DNA of 64,000 bases, taken from IMG/VR virus record IMGVR_UViG_3300024999_001421; one strand, written 5' to 3'. The notes below the pieces were generated by a model. The model saw only the letters and a program-made list of their open reading frames with translations, did no database searches and had not been told where the DNA came from. The position numbers and the translations under genes were made by a program. Below are positions 51,636 through 62,048 of the stretch, piece after piece; within the stretch, counting starts at the first letter, position 1, and the number at the start of each line of letters is the position of its first letter. Source of the stretch: a virus.

Positions 51636-51812
51636 AAAAAAATCAGACAACCGTTACCGTAGTTGCCTGCTTAATTTCATGGATTACTACTACTAGATTC
51701 AACAATAATTACTTGTTACACGGAGGAATTCACCTGCCTTCATATTAAATTTGTCGGAGTGACCGCCATGTGCGCTTGTCACGCGAGACAGAGGCGTAGC
51801 GATCAATGAGAT
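51636..51812 (-). ncRNA. Candidate sRNA (~175 nt)
   Basis: TTGCAA-17-TGnTATAAT promoter, 5' hairpin, CCUCC, terminator with U9, no credible ORF. Confidence 0.6.
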
Positions 51813-51925
51813 TATTATATCACTCGGATAATTATGTTGCAACCGTTTACGGTAGAAGTATGCTGTAAAAAGTTTATGGGGAAATAAAAAACTCCCTCAG
51901 TTAGAGAGAGTTTTGTGTGTTTAAG

Positions 51926-52372
51926 TTAGTTGACTACTTCCCAATCATCGGCAAGCATGTCTGTTTGTGATGCAAGCCAACCCATAAGAATCTCACCTGT
52001 AACAGTTTTCATAATAATTAGCGGCAACACCTCTGCTTGCCCGCCGTTTTCTTCGGCAAATTTACGGGAATGAGGATTCCAGAAACCTTCTGCTGCAAGC
52101 ATATTGCCACCATTAGGACCATCCCCAGTGCCGGACAGAGCTAGCCACATACCTTTCCCATTCCAATTGGAACGAGCAACTTTAAATCCTTGCTTCATGG
52201 CTTCTATTGCCAGGCCAAATGTCATGCCGTTAGTTTTATGATATGCTTCCTCAAATACATCTTTAGGACTCCAACTAACATATCCATCAGGATAAACAAC
52301 TTTATATCCTTCCTCATTGTTTCTCATTTGTCTTTCTGATTCAATAATTTTAACACAGATATATTTTTCCAT
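51926..52372 (-). CDS. DUF2829 / Tad2-like anti-defence protein
   Basis: GYKVVYPDGYVSWSPK.VFE; MTFG.A.EAMK.G.KVAR..WNGKGM; WLASQTDMLADDW. Confidence 0.85.
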   Translation of the reverse strand: MEKYICVKIIESERQMRNNEEGYKVVYPDGYVSWSPKDVFEEAYHKTNGMTFGLAIEAMKQGFKVARSNWNGKGMWLALSGTGDGPNGGNMLAAEGFWNPHSRKFAEENGGQAEVLPLIIMKTVTGEILMGWLASQTDMLADDWEVVN

Positions 52373-52463
52373 TACCCTATCCCTCCATAGTCCTCTATTA
52401 GTCATTCAATTATACTACTCAGCAAATAATAATTCAACCGTTTACGGTATATTCATACCTAAA

Positions 52464-52587
52464 GCAGGAGAAACAATGTCCAACATAGAATAGTAATAGT
52501 ACATCTAACCGGATTATCTTACTGGCATAAAATAATCCCAAGTATATCTACAACAAAGGTCGCCTCCCACGGTCGGCCTATTTTTTT
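52464..52587 (+). ncRNA. Candidate sigmaH-dependent sRNA with its promoter
   Basis: GCAGGA-18-GAAT, ~90 nt, terminator with C-rich loop and U7. Confidence 0.5.
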
Positions 52588-52697
52588 ACCCAAAAACAAA
52601 ACTCCCCTAAATTAATAGGAGAGTTTGCCCGGCAGTCGTTCCTTACGCGCAGAAGTAACGATTATTGCCTAAATTTATGTCTGACCATTGTTGTCGT

Positions 52698-52860
52698 TTA
52701 AGCGGGCAAGAAATTTCATCTTGCATGATAGTATTTATCGAGTACGCCGTTAATAGGCTACCTAACTACCTTACGAGGGGTATATGCTTCTTGGGACTGT
52801 TTCCAGTGTTTACCGTCCTCCACTATACCTTACTAAGCGTCTTATTCCGCCACCGCTTAA
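52698..52860 (-). ncRNA. tRNA-like RNA with an expanded anticodon domain
   Basis: TTAAGCGG/CCGCTTAA acceptor, TGGCGGAATAAGACGC D-arm, GCAAGATGAAATTTCTTGC T-arm; own sigmaA promoter and terminator. Confidence 0.7.
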
Positions 52861-52992
52861 TTAAAACAAGTTCCCGCTAAGTACAAACATTATACCACTC
52901 CCTAAAAACAATTTCAACTTCTTTTCCCTAAAACTTACCTGAAATATAGACAACCTTACCCTACATAACTTATAACAACAGGGGGTGGTACA

Positions 52993-53357
52993 TTGTTCGA
53001 TATGCTTATGAGTCATTCACATGCTAAATCCCTTGATAATAAAGCAATGTTTGATACCTTGGATTCTATCTATCCCGAAAGAGAACTTTACAGCATGCCC
53101 TTGGATTGGCGTAAGGATAAACAGTATATCCTTAAGGCCAAGGGCGCAAAGGGAGATGTGCTTGTCGGATGGAAAGAAGTAAAATATTCAAAGGAGTGGA
53201 GCGACGCATGGCTTTAATGACAATCGGCACAACATTATTAACTATCAGCGTTTACAGTTTAATTGAAATACTTTACATGAAACGTGAAAAAATTAAATCG
53301 GTGTGGACTGAGACAGACAATATTCCGGACAGTAAGGAGTCGTGGGGTAATGAGTAA
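52993..53357 (+). CDS. Two small genes upstream of the FtsK gene (second has a TM segment)
   Basis: Coupled ORFs. Confidence 0.55.
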
Positions 53358-54585
53358 CGGTTATGGTTCGGCCAATGCGTTTGACGGATTAGGTAAGGGT
53401 ATTTGGATGGGCGTGGATGCCGGGGCCCGCTGCATTACCGATGTGGTGAAATATTTTGCAGATAAATACGGTGATAACAAGAGGGATAAAACTAAGGAGT
53501 TATTTAGAAATGTTGGCATGGTACGGAAAGATGGAGAAACCGGGAAAATCAATCAACCGGTAATTATGAAACAGATTAAGACAGATTACGGAATTCATAT
53601 GATCGTTAAACCCTATCCCGGCATATGGATAGGTGACTTCTTTAAATACCATGCTCAGCTAGAATCTGCCTTAAATGCCGAAGTGCAGATTACGCAGGAC
53701 AGTAAAGGTTATATCCATCTGAGAGTGTTTACGAGGGGCATACCGAGGCGCTTTAAGTATGTAGGTAGTTTGGCTAGTAGGGCGAAGAAATACCCTTGCG
53801 CCGTGCCTGTGGGTATCGGCAGGGAGGGTTTGGTTATGCTTAATCTGTCGGATGATGAATGTTTTTCCGTGTTGGTTGCCGGGATGCCCGGGGGCGGTAA
53901 ATCATCATTTATCCGGCAGGCGTTAATGTCTCTTGTCGTTAACTATACTCCGGACGAAGTTATTCTTTATTTAGTTGACATGAAACAGGGAGGCGTTGAA
54001 TTGTCGGGATTTCAATTGGCTCCGCATGTTAAGGATTTCGCTTGCAATTTGGCCGGCGCCAAAAGGGTACTTACCGCCGCATTTGCCGAATTGGATTATC
54101 GGGCTAAGTTGATTAGTAAGGCCAACGTGTCCTCTATTGCCGATTACAACAAGGTAAGTAAGGAAAAGATGTCCCATGCCGTTATTGTTATTGACGAATG
54201 GATGAGTCTTGACGAGGACGCTAAGAAGTTAGCATTAACGCTGGTACAGCAAGGAAGGTTTGCTGGGATCCACACGATTATTTGCACACAGCATCCTTCA
54301 TGCAAAGTGGTATCAGGAGAAGTCAGAAGTTTAATCCCGGCAACGATAGCTTTTAAGGTTAGTTCGCGTAGATATTCTAGGATGGTGTTAGGCGAGGAAC
54401 GTAATCAAGCGGCATATCTTGAATGTCCCGGCAGGTGTATATTCCAAGCCAAGGAACGTATGCGAAAAGTTCAAGTCATGGATTTGCACCCCGGCATGAT
54501 TAAGGGAATGATTAAAGAGGTGTACCCGTCCGATAAAGTTGTTACCGTTTTAGCTACCGAGGAAGATAAGGTTTTGAGTTGGTAA
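53350..54585 (+). CDS. FtsK/SpoIIIE-family ATPase
   Basis: LVAGMPGGGKS, LVDMKQGGVE, VIVIDE, GRFAGIH. Confidence 0.92.
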   Translation: MSNGYGSANAFDGLGKGIWMGVDAGARCITDVVKYFADKYGDNKRDKTKELFRNVGMVRKDGETGKINQPVIMKQIKTDYGIHMIVKPYPGIWIGDFFKYHAQLESALNAEVQITQDSKGYIHLRVFTRGIPRRFKYVGSLASRAKKYPCAVPVGIGREGLVMLNLSDDECFSVLVAGMPGGGKSSFIRQALMSLVVNYTPDEVILYLVDMKQGGVELSGFQLAPHVKDFACNLAGAKRVLTAAFAELDYRAKLISKANVSSIADYNKVSKEKMSHAVIVIDEWMSLDEDAKKLALTLVQQGRFAGIHTIICTQHPSCKVVSGEVRSLIPATIAFKVSSRRYSRMVLGEERNQAAYLECPGRCIFQAKERMRKVQVMDLHPGMIKGMIKEVYPSDKVVTVLATEEDKVLSW

Positions 54586-54641
54586 ATATACCGATAAATA
54601 TATTAATCCGTATATCGTAAACCACTTGTTTTAAATGTGAG

Positions 54642-55283
54642 GTGTTAATCCTTATGTCTGCTGAAAATTTGGCGTTTGTTAGTTTTCCGATTCGTTCTAC
54701 TCAAAGACGTTTTGATATTATAAATTTCCTTAAAGATTTTGGCGTTCTTTCTCGTCGGCAAGTTAATCAGTTATTGTTTGATGAGAGCAATTATGGTCAG
54801 CACAAATGCAGAACGGAGTTAAAAAAACTCTTTGATGCTAAGTTGATTTACCGAGGCAGATGTATGTCCTGCAACGATTATATTTATTGGATGGGAAAAC
54901 AACCAAAGCACGTTGAACATAGGATAGGTATCAATCAGATATTCCTTAATTTGCGGCATATTAACCCCGTATTCAAGAGTGATTTCGATTTTGGTATTGG
55001 GATAGCTGATGCGTTTATAGTTGTCGAAAATAGGCCGTATTTTGTTGAGTATCAAAGGGCGATTAATCATTCCGATATGTCGGTTAAGATTCAGCAATAC
55101 GAGCAATATGCGCTTAGTCGCAAATGGGATACCGAAAGTTGGCCCATACCGGGCAAGTTTGCGAGAGTTGTTGTAGTGGTTGATAACCTGAAAGATAAGG
55201 CAAGGATTGAGAAGTTGACTAAGGGCAGTAAAGTAGTGTTTTATGTGTGCCTATTAAGCGAAGTAAAGGACGTGATTAAATGA
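54642..55283 (+). CDS. Replication-relaxation (Replic_Relax) family protein
   Basis: Winged helix, EHRIGI, ADAF, FVEYQR, K..QY; typical FtsK partner. Confidence 0.8.
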   Translation: MLILMSAENLAFVSFPIRSTQRRFDIINFLKDFGVLSRRQVNQLLFDESNYGQHKCRTELKKLFDAKLIYRGRCMSCNDYIYWMGKQPKHVEHRIGINQIFLNLRHINPVFKSDFDFGIGIADAFIVVENRPYFVEYQRAINHSDMSVKIQQYEQYALSRKWDTESWPIPGKFARVVVVVDNLKDKARIEKLTKGSKVVFYVCLLSEVKDVIK

Positions 55284-55833
55284 GTTTAGCGGGAGCAGGT
55301 CGGGGCATTGGATATATTTTAGGAACTCTGTATCATTTAGGACCGCCGGACAATACTCCTGACCATGAGAAGTATTACAAGAAACAGGTTCGCAAAGAAA
55401 AAATATTCAATAAGCGGATGGAGTCGCTTTACGGTGATGCCTGGGAGAAGATTAGGGATAGTAGAGTGGTTGCAAATCATAATAGGATGATTGGTCGATG
55501 ATGTATAGAGCAGGAAACTATCTAGGTTACATATACGATGCAAAGGTTTATGATGAACCTTCGAGGTTAGGCATAGACAACGGCAGAATATTGAAATTGG
55601 CCGTATATGAATACAGAAACTATGACCATAGAGAGGTTATTATTAACTATGATAGAGGTTGGGACGTATGGCCGAAGGATGCCGGTCATTATAGTGCATA
55701 TAGAGAAATTAAAAGGCGTTTATTGGAGTAACCCGAAAGGGTTACTCTTTTTCGGTACACTTGTGCTGGATGCGGTAGAAAAGTATTGCATTGTATGTCT
55801 AAACGGTATATAATATATGTGAGGTGAGCACAA

Positions 55834-55968
55834 TTGAAGCGCAGAAGTATTTTTATGGATGATGAAAGACACGGTAAATTGAAGAAGGAGGCAGACAAAC
55901 AGAAATTAAAAGTTTCGGAGTTGATTCGCAGGATTATTGATGAATGGCTAAATAGAAAGGGGATATAG
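55834..55968 (+). CDS. CopG-like RHH protein
   Basis: MKRRSIFMDD...VSELIRRIIDEWL; not in the ORF track. Confidence 0.7.
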   Translation: MKRRSIFMDDERHGKLKKEADKQKLKVSELIRRIIDEWLNRKGI

Positions 55969-56499
55969 ATGTTTGTATTTGACAATGAAAACGAATTAAG
56001 AGATTATTTGACCGATAACTTTGACAGGTATTTTGGTTTTAATTATCTGGGAAACGAACTCAGGGTTTCTAATACTGGACATAGGGTAGATATGGCAGGA
56101 GAAGATAGCGACAATATCTACTTAATAGAACTTAAAAGAGACGCTGTTACGGTGAAAAATATTTTACAAATAATGGATTATGTTAAACTTTATCATCCAG
56201 ATACAAATAAAGGCATTGTTGGTATTATGGCTGCACCCAAGGTGGATAGTGAAGTATTGACCATAATTAAAGACATGCCAAATATTATTACTATGGAGAT
56301 CCCAGGCGTTAAATATGCACACGATGGTAAGACAAAATTAAGAAATCGTTCATACATTAGTTCAACATTAAGGAATGACCTATATAAGGAATTGGTTGGT
56401 GTGTCTAAAGAAACTGGAATACAATTTTCTAAATTACTAGATAGGGTACTAGAATCTTATTTTAATAAAATAAAAAACAAAGTTCGTACTAACAACTAA
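55969..56499 (+). CDS. NucS-like PD-(D/E)xK nuclease fused to a C-terminal RHH
   Basis: E..L....E.....RVD......IELK.......Q..DY; GIMAAP; ETGI.FSKLLD. Confidence 0.75.
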   Translation: MFVFDNENELRDYLTDNFDRYFGFNYLGNELRVSNTGHRVDMAGEDSDNIYLIELKRDAVTVKNILQIMDYVKLYHPDTNKGIVGIMAAPKVDSEVLTIIKDMPNIITMEIPGVKYAHDGKTKLRNRSYISSTLRNDLYKELVGVSKETGIQFSKLLDRVLESYFNKIKNKVRTNN

Positions 56500-57152
56500 G
56501 GTATTGGATAACGCTTCTATCGCATACCTTAAAGAACTGAAAAAGTGGAAGGAGGATAAATAATGTTTGAGGCATACGATTCACAACACTTTGAGACAGG
56601 CCGCGAGGAACCGGCGTTATTAGACGCAAAAACTGCTAAGAGCGAGAAGGGCGATTCTAACGAATTTTTCTTTCAACTTGTTCGTAGTTTTCTTAATATG
56701 ACTCCCTGTGTTGTTAGGTCTAGGCATGATGATGCTTGTTCTGATTGCGCCGTTACTGATAGTTGTGATTGGTACAAATCTATGGTGGATATTGCCAGTA
56801 GATTAAAGGTGAGGGAGGAAAGTTAATTGTATCTACTCGTTTACCATATACATGAATGTTGTTGCGGTTGGGCGTTTATCCCAGATGATTTAATTGACAT
56901 AGTTTGGGAAGTTAAAAGACGTATTGCGCCTGATGATGTTATTTGGTACTAAGGGGGAAGCAGTTTGACCAAAGAAAAACTAATTTCTCAATTAGAAGAA
57001 TCGCACCTTAAATTCTCTTGCTCTCCGCTTGGCCATGATATGAGACATAATTGCAAACCTTCTATGGGTCGCGCTGAGTTGGTTGCCGAGTTGTCTAAGA
57101 TGAATGAACCGTTGTCGGATAAAGTAAGGGGAATAAGGAAGGAGGAAAGTTA

Positions 57153-57583
57153 ATGATCTCACTAAAAATGGCAAAAAACTTAAGGATGCTGGATTACTAT
57201 GGATACCGGAAGACGGCGACTTTTTCGCAACCGGTGCAGAGCAGGGGTGGGATAACATATTTGTTGTATCAGGCAGTCACGACTCAGTTCCCGAATTGGG
57301 CGGTAAAAGATGGTTTTTTTATGGTCATCTATGTAACCGTGATGGTGGGCGTTATATGAGTTCTACAGCTTGCGACAGTATGAACATGGATGGCGTAACA
57401 CCTGAGAGATTTACCGACGGTAAGGTTTATTCCGTTAATGATTTTATTTTTGTTCCGAGACTTGACCAATTAATTGCCGAAATCAGAAAACGTGGTTATA
57501 AATGGTTCCCTGATATGGAGTCACTTGAAGAATCGGCAGGTAAGACATTATTATGGATTATTAGGAGGGAGGAAATAGAGTGA
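57153..57583 (+). pseudogene. Phage hypothetical gene (MISLKMAKKLKDAGL.W family) with an A-run frameshift
   Basis: One extra A at ~57173-57178 gives the MISLKMAKKLKDAGLLW start in the frame of ORF 57296-57583 (PRLDQL). Confidence 0.6.
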
Positions 57584-59342
57584 AGCAGCAAGATATAGAA
57601 TTAAAAATAACTGAACTCGAAGAAGTTATAATAGACACCGGACTAGATATATTTGATCTAAAATGCAAACTCTTGGAGTTGAAAACAGGTTTTAAGGCAG
57701 AGCAGTTAGTTGAAAATGAAAAGGGTGAGCGTGGTATACTTGTTCTTCCATTTATTGGAGATTTCATGGATTGGTATTGGCATAAGTTAAAGAAGAACGG
57801 AGAACCAAGAGCAGGCAAACAATGGATTTGTGATAAATTTAAGGTAGTAGAATAATGCCCTTCGACTACAACAAAACAGAACCGGAATACTGCCTTGGGT
57901 GCGGTCGAAAGTTGACCGCTGTGGAAAGGGTAGAGGGAAAATGTGAGAAATGTGGAGGTAGAACGTGATGTGGTGGACGTTTATTGAAAATATAATAATG
58001 AATATATGTGTCGTGCTAGTAGCGCTATTGTTATTCGCATTAATACTTGGATTTGCTTTTATCTGCAACGTGATGACAGATACAAATGCCTTGATATTCT
58101 CAGGGATAGTTTTTGTTATACTATTAGTCATAATTTCCTGGATAGAGTGTCAATAATTGCGGGGAGGTAGTAGGTTGATTATAAATGACCTTGTTTTAGA
58201 TGCAGTTGAAAAAATACTCGAAATAAAACTATACGACCTTCAAAGAAAGTATATTTTAGGTCAAGGCGGATACTGGTATGGTGCAAGACGCTCTGGAAAG
58301 ACTTTGGCTTATTGCATTAAATTGGCGTTATCAGACGGTGAGCCGCTAAACACTAGAAAAGCATACTCATTTTGCGACGATGATTATGGCAATTCGAGTA
58401 ATATAGTTAGTTATAGTAAGTGGTTTCTGAGTAGATTTATGGAGATATGGAGTAAATTAAAAGATGCTGGATTTCCCGTAAGGGAAGTTGAGAAATGTGG
58501 GAGGTGGAGGAATGAGTAACGTATTATACTTAGATTGGCTAAAATCTCTAAAAGTAGGGGATAAGGTTGTCTATACCTTTCGGGGCATAATTACTGTTGA
58601 CAAGGTTGAGATAATAACGCCGAAGGGTTTAATTAGACTTGAAAGCGGTGAGTCGGTAGATATATTTGGCATGAGAGTACTTCCTAGTAGGCATGATGAT
58701 ATTTTTCAGATTGAACCGCTTACTCCTGAGATTGAGGAAAAGGTATCTAAAATGGCAATGGCAAGAAAGTTAGAGAAATACCCGTTCTATCTTCTCAGCA
58801 AAGAGCAACTAGAGAGGATAATGGAGATTATTGAGGAGGTAGTGGAATGAGAAATTATTGCGAACTAGCACAGAAGGAATGTAACAGAGGGAGTTGCATG
58901 TATTGTCCTTATATAGAGGCGGTCAATGATGCCGCAAATACTTTAGGAGTAGGTGATGGTGATGAAAACAACATCAATCCGTAGTTGTCAGGTGTGCGGC
59001 AAACACTTCATCCCCGGCGACATAGTGTATTTCGTGCCGCTGGACAACAATATCGTTTGCCATGTCTGTGCCATACCGCACGATAAGACTTTTGAGCGCA
59101 TGGTAGAGATAGAAAGTTCCTGTAGTCCTGCAACTATCCGCTATAATGCCCTGATGGATATTTTAAGGCATGGCGGGATTACTCCTACCCATGACGAAGA
59201 AAATTTTTTAGAGTGGTTCGGCGCATGGGACAATAACACTACTGCTACCCTGGGTGGGTTACTAGAGAAGTGCTTGAAGGCGGGTGGTAAGAATGACGTA
59301 TCTCGAAAAGTTCCTATCAGAAAACCAAGACGCTCAGGATGA
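57580..59342 (+). CDS. Cluster of small hypothetical genes (57580-57855, 57965-58156, 58157-58519, 58512-58850, 58953-59342)
   Basis: RBS-linked ORFs; 58157 has a Walker A-like RRSGKT. Confidence 0.55.
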
Positions 59343-60016
59343 AGAATATCTTGATATCTGCGTCTATATCTACTTTCCTGGTAGTGTCGGGTGCGGTGAT
59401 GCGTTCTTTAAAAATCCCGATCTGTGCGTCGAACATTGGAACTCTGAGTATAGGGAGGTTAACCGTTGAGCAACCTAAAATCCAAAATACATACGTGCCG
59501 AGAGAAGTTGGCGTATGTGATTAACCGATTGGCAAGTAAATTGTAGGGGGTTAATCGTTGAGTAATAAAGACTTATGCCATCATTGCACTAGGTTTAGCA
59601 ATGCAATACATAGTGAACCTTGCCGTAGGTGTAGTGCATTACAGGGTGATGGATATAAAAGTTATTGGGTTGATAGAAAAAGTTTTAAGGGGAGGTTATT
59701 TTTAAAGTTATCGTTTTTGTTTAAATAACTTCTCCGCCACGACAACTTCTTCTCCTGCCGCTCAATAAATTCTTCTGAACGCTGAACACGACTAATAAGA
59801 TGCTCAACTTTTTTAACGAGTTGGGCATTGGAAAGGAGATATAAATAAATGATAAAAATAGAGGAACCTGATTTTAAAAAATCAGAGTGCTCCAATTGTT
59901 TTTCTATGGACGATGTAAAAAAGGTAGTAATAGAAACACCGTCAATGAGGGGAACACAAAGCACCAGCATAAAACTTTGTCAGAAATGCAGGGAAGAGTT
60001 AAAAAACAAATTATAA

Positions 60017-60928
60017 TTAACTAAATAACCTTTTCCACCAAGAACGCTTACCAAGGCGTTCTTTTTCCTTTTCTTCTCTCCATGCAGTTATAGCCCGTGT
60101 GATAATATCTCCTTCCCTGCGCTCCATATCCTCTATAATATTTTTAATAGCAGCGTGAGACTCTCTCAGTTCGCGATCTTTTTCTTTTTTCAATTCCTCG
60201 AACATAGATATAAACGTATCCATTTGCAAAGAAATAGCTTTTTCTAATTCCAGTTTATTTTCCTGCTTCATGTTGTTTATAGTTTCGGTAAAATCTTTTA
60301 TTGCCATAGTATAGGAATTTAATTCATCCCTGGTAACGAAATTTTCTACAACGGAAGGAATGTACTCTGACACTTCTGAGTTTTCCACTATTTTTACTTC
60401 TTGCTTTATATCCTGCTCCAATTCTTCCACTTCTTCTACTAATGGAATTTTAACCCCATCCGGTTTTCCATGCCGCCACTTTTCCAGGTTTTCTATGCTA
60501 ATCATCTTCTTATTTCTATCCCACAGATAAGGCATACCGTCTTTGTTTATGCGGTTTCTAATAGTTTTCGTGGTGCAATCAAGATACTTTGCCGCCTCTT
60601 CTACGCTGAGATATTCATTTTCTGCTTTTCCCACTAATCTGATTGTCACTTTTCCCACTTCCTCCGTGTTTTCTATCTTGTTTCTATCTAAATTTCTAGC
60701 TAAATACATCTTAAGTGCATTACTTTTAGCTATTAAAACCTTATAATCATAATCATCATTATCAAGATTATTATATATGTGCGAATTTTCTATGAATTTT
60801 CTATGAATTTTCTCACTAAATCCGTTCCCACTTCCCACCTTCTCATAGAAACTCTCCAATTTCCTCAACGCCTGCCCCATTAAAATTACCCCCACTCTAA
60901 AAATTTCCATGGCGGAGAGTATTGACAT
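60017..60928 (-). CDS. HTH + coiled-coil protein with amphipathic tail (pSK1 Par / RacA-like); true start may be 60880 or 60649
   Basis: LSVEEAAKYLDCTTKTIRNRI, long coiled coil, KRSWWKRLFS. Confidence 0.7.
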   Translation of the reverse strand: MSILSAMEIFRVGVILMGQALRKLESFYEKVGSGNGFSEKIHRKFIENSHIYNNLDNDDYDYKVLIAKSNALKMYLARNLDRNKIENTEEVGKVTIRLVGKAENEYLSVEEAAKYLDCTTKTIRNRINKDGMPYLWDRNKKMISIENLEKWRHGKPDGVKIPLVEEVEELEQDIKQEVKIVENSEVSEYIPSVVENFVTRDELNSYTMAIKDFTETINNMKQENKLELEKAISLQMDTFISMFEELKKEKDRELRESHAAIKNIIEDMERREGDIITRAITAWREEKEKERLGKRSWWKRLFS

Positions 60929-61461
60929 TTTGACCGCATTTGCTTAAAATAACAATAGCAAAGCGAGCAGAGAACGCCTCCGCTTTTGGATAAAGGCACC
61001 CATTCCGGCCAAGGTTGAGGGTGTCTTTCGGCATTTATTTGACAATTATTCTAACATTACTTTTTTCATATATCAATGTAATTATTTAAACCCCTCCGCA
61101 ATGGAAGGGGTTTTTGTTTTATCCGAAAGAGCAGCAGCCAGAACTACCGCGGAAAGTATTATAACACTCAGCACCATCTACTAACACCTGCTTACCGTTA
61201 TTCACCCTGTTTTTGTTTGCAGATTTTAGGGCGGTATCGTTGAGTATCTTGATGCCATCCTCGCTAATATTCCTATTAATCGTGCAAACGCCGTTGTCCA
61301 CCACGAGTTCAATGTAATCTCCATAATTTTTAAAGTCAATCTCCAAATACTTACCCCCCTTTACCTTTTGCGAACACTTGTTTTATGTTGTCTTATATAA
61401 TATACGAAAATGCACATAACTTTCAATACCTAAGTTACCGTTATTTTCCGACAAAATACTA

Positions 61462-61842
61462 TTACGAATTTCTTACTTTTGTAATAGTGCTTAATAATTC
61501 CTCGATAATTGTCGAAGGTATACGTTCATCATACGCCCTCTTAGCAAGGATCATATACGGCATAGTCTTTTTGTCAATTAATAATTGCTTTAACTCATCG
61601 GTCATGGCATCGTTAATCTCTGCAATGTCAAAAAATGTACGGGCAGAGTCATGGAAGAAATACAGGGGACTTACGCTTAACGCATCAGCTAACTTTTCAA
61701 TAGTAATGATACCGGGATTTTTACGCTCACCCCTCTCAATTTGACCAATCGTGTTTAGGGCCACTTTAGCTATTTCAGCCAACTTCTCCATCGAATAACC
61801 ACGCCTCATTCTCAGGTTGTGCAGTTTATCCTTCAATTCCAC
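61462..61842 (-). CDS. CI-like XRE repressor
   Basis: SMEKLAE...IGQIERG.RKNP......LADAL. Confidence 0.88.
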   Translation of the reverse strand: MELKDKLHNLRMRRGYSMEKLAEIAKVALNTIGQIERGERKNPGIITIEKLADALSVSPLYFFHDSARTFFDIAEINDAMTDELKQLLIDKKTMPYMILAKRAYDERIPSTIIEELLSTITKVRNS

Positions 61843-61928
61843 TTCAATATTCCCCCATTTTTATTATTTAATGTTACCTAATACAGCATACAAACTTTTA
61901 CATTTATCTACAACTAAGGACAATATAC

Positions 61929-62021
61929 TACCTAAAACGGTTGACAATATACCTTAAAAGGTATATACTGTACTTAGTGGACAAACAATATTTTTTTAAA
62001 CAACTCCTACCTAAATGGGTA
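61929..62021. promoter_or_regulatory. Immunity switch: rightward promoter with three TACC-N6-GGTW operators
   Basis: TTGACA-17-TATACT; operators at 61929, 61950 and 62008. Confidence 0.8.
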
Positions 62022-62048
62022 GGGCTTTACCGAAAGGAGGCTTAATCC

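Noticed and set aside
52698-52860. tmRNA or intron-containing tRNA
   Set aside because: No alanine G3-U70 acceptor, no tag ORF, insert far too short for a self-splicing intron
58157-58519. Second terminase or helicase
   Set aside because: Only 120 aa with an isolated Walker A-like motif
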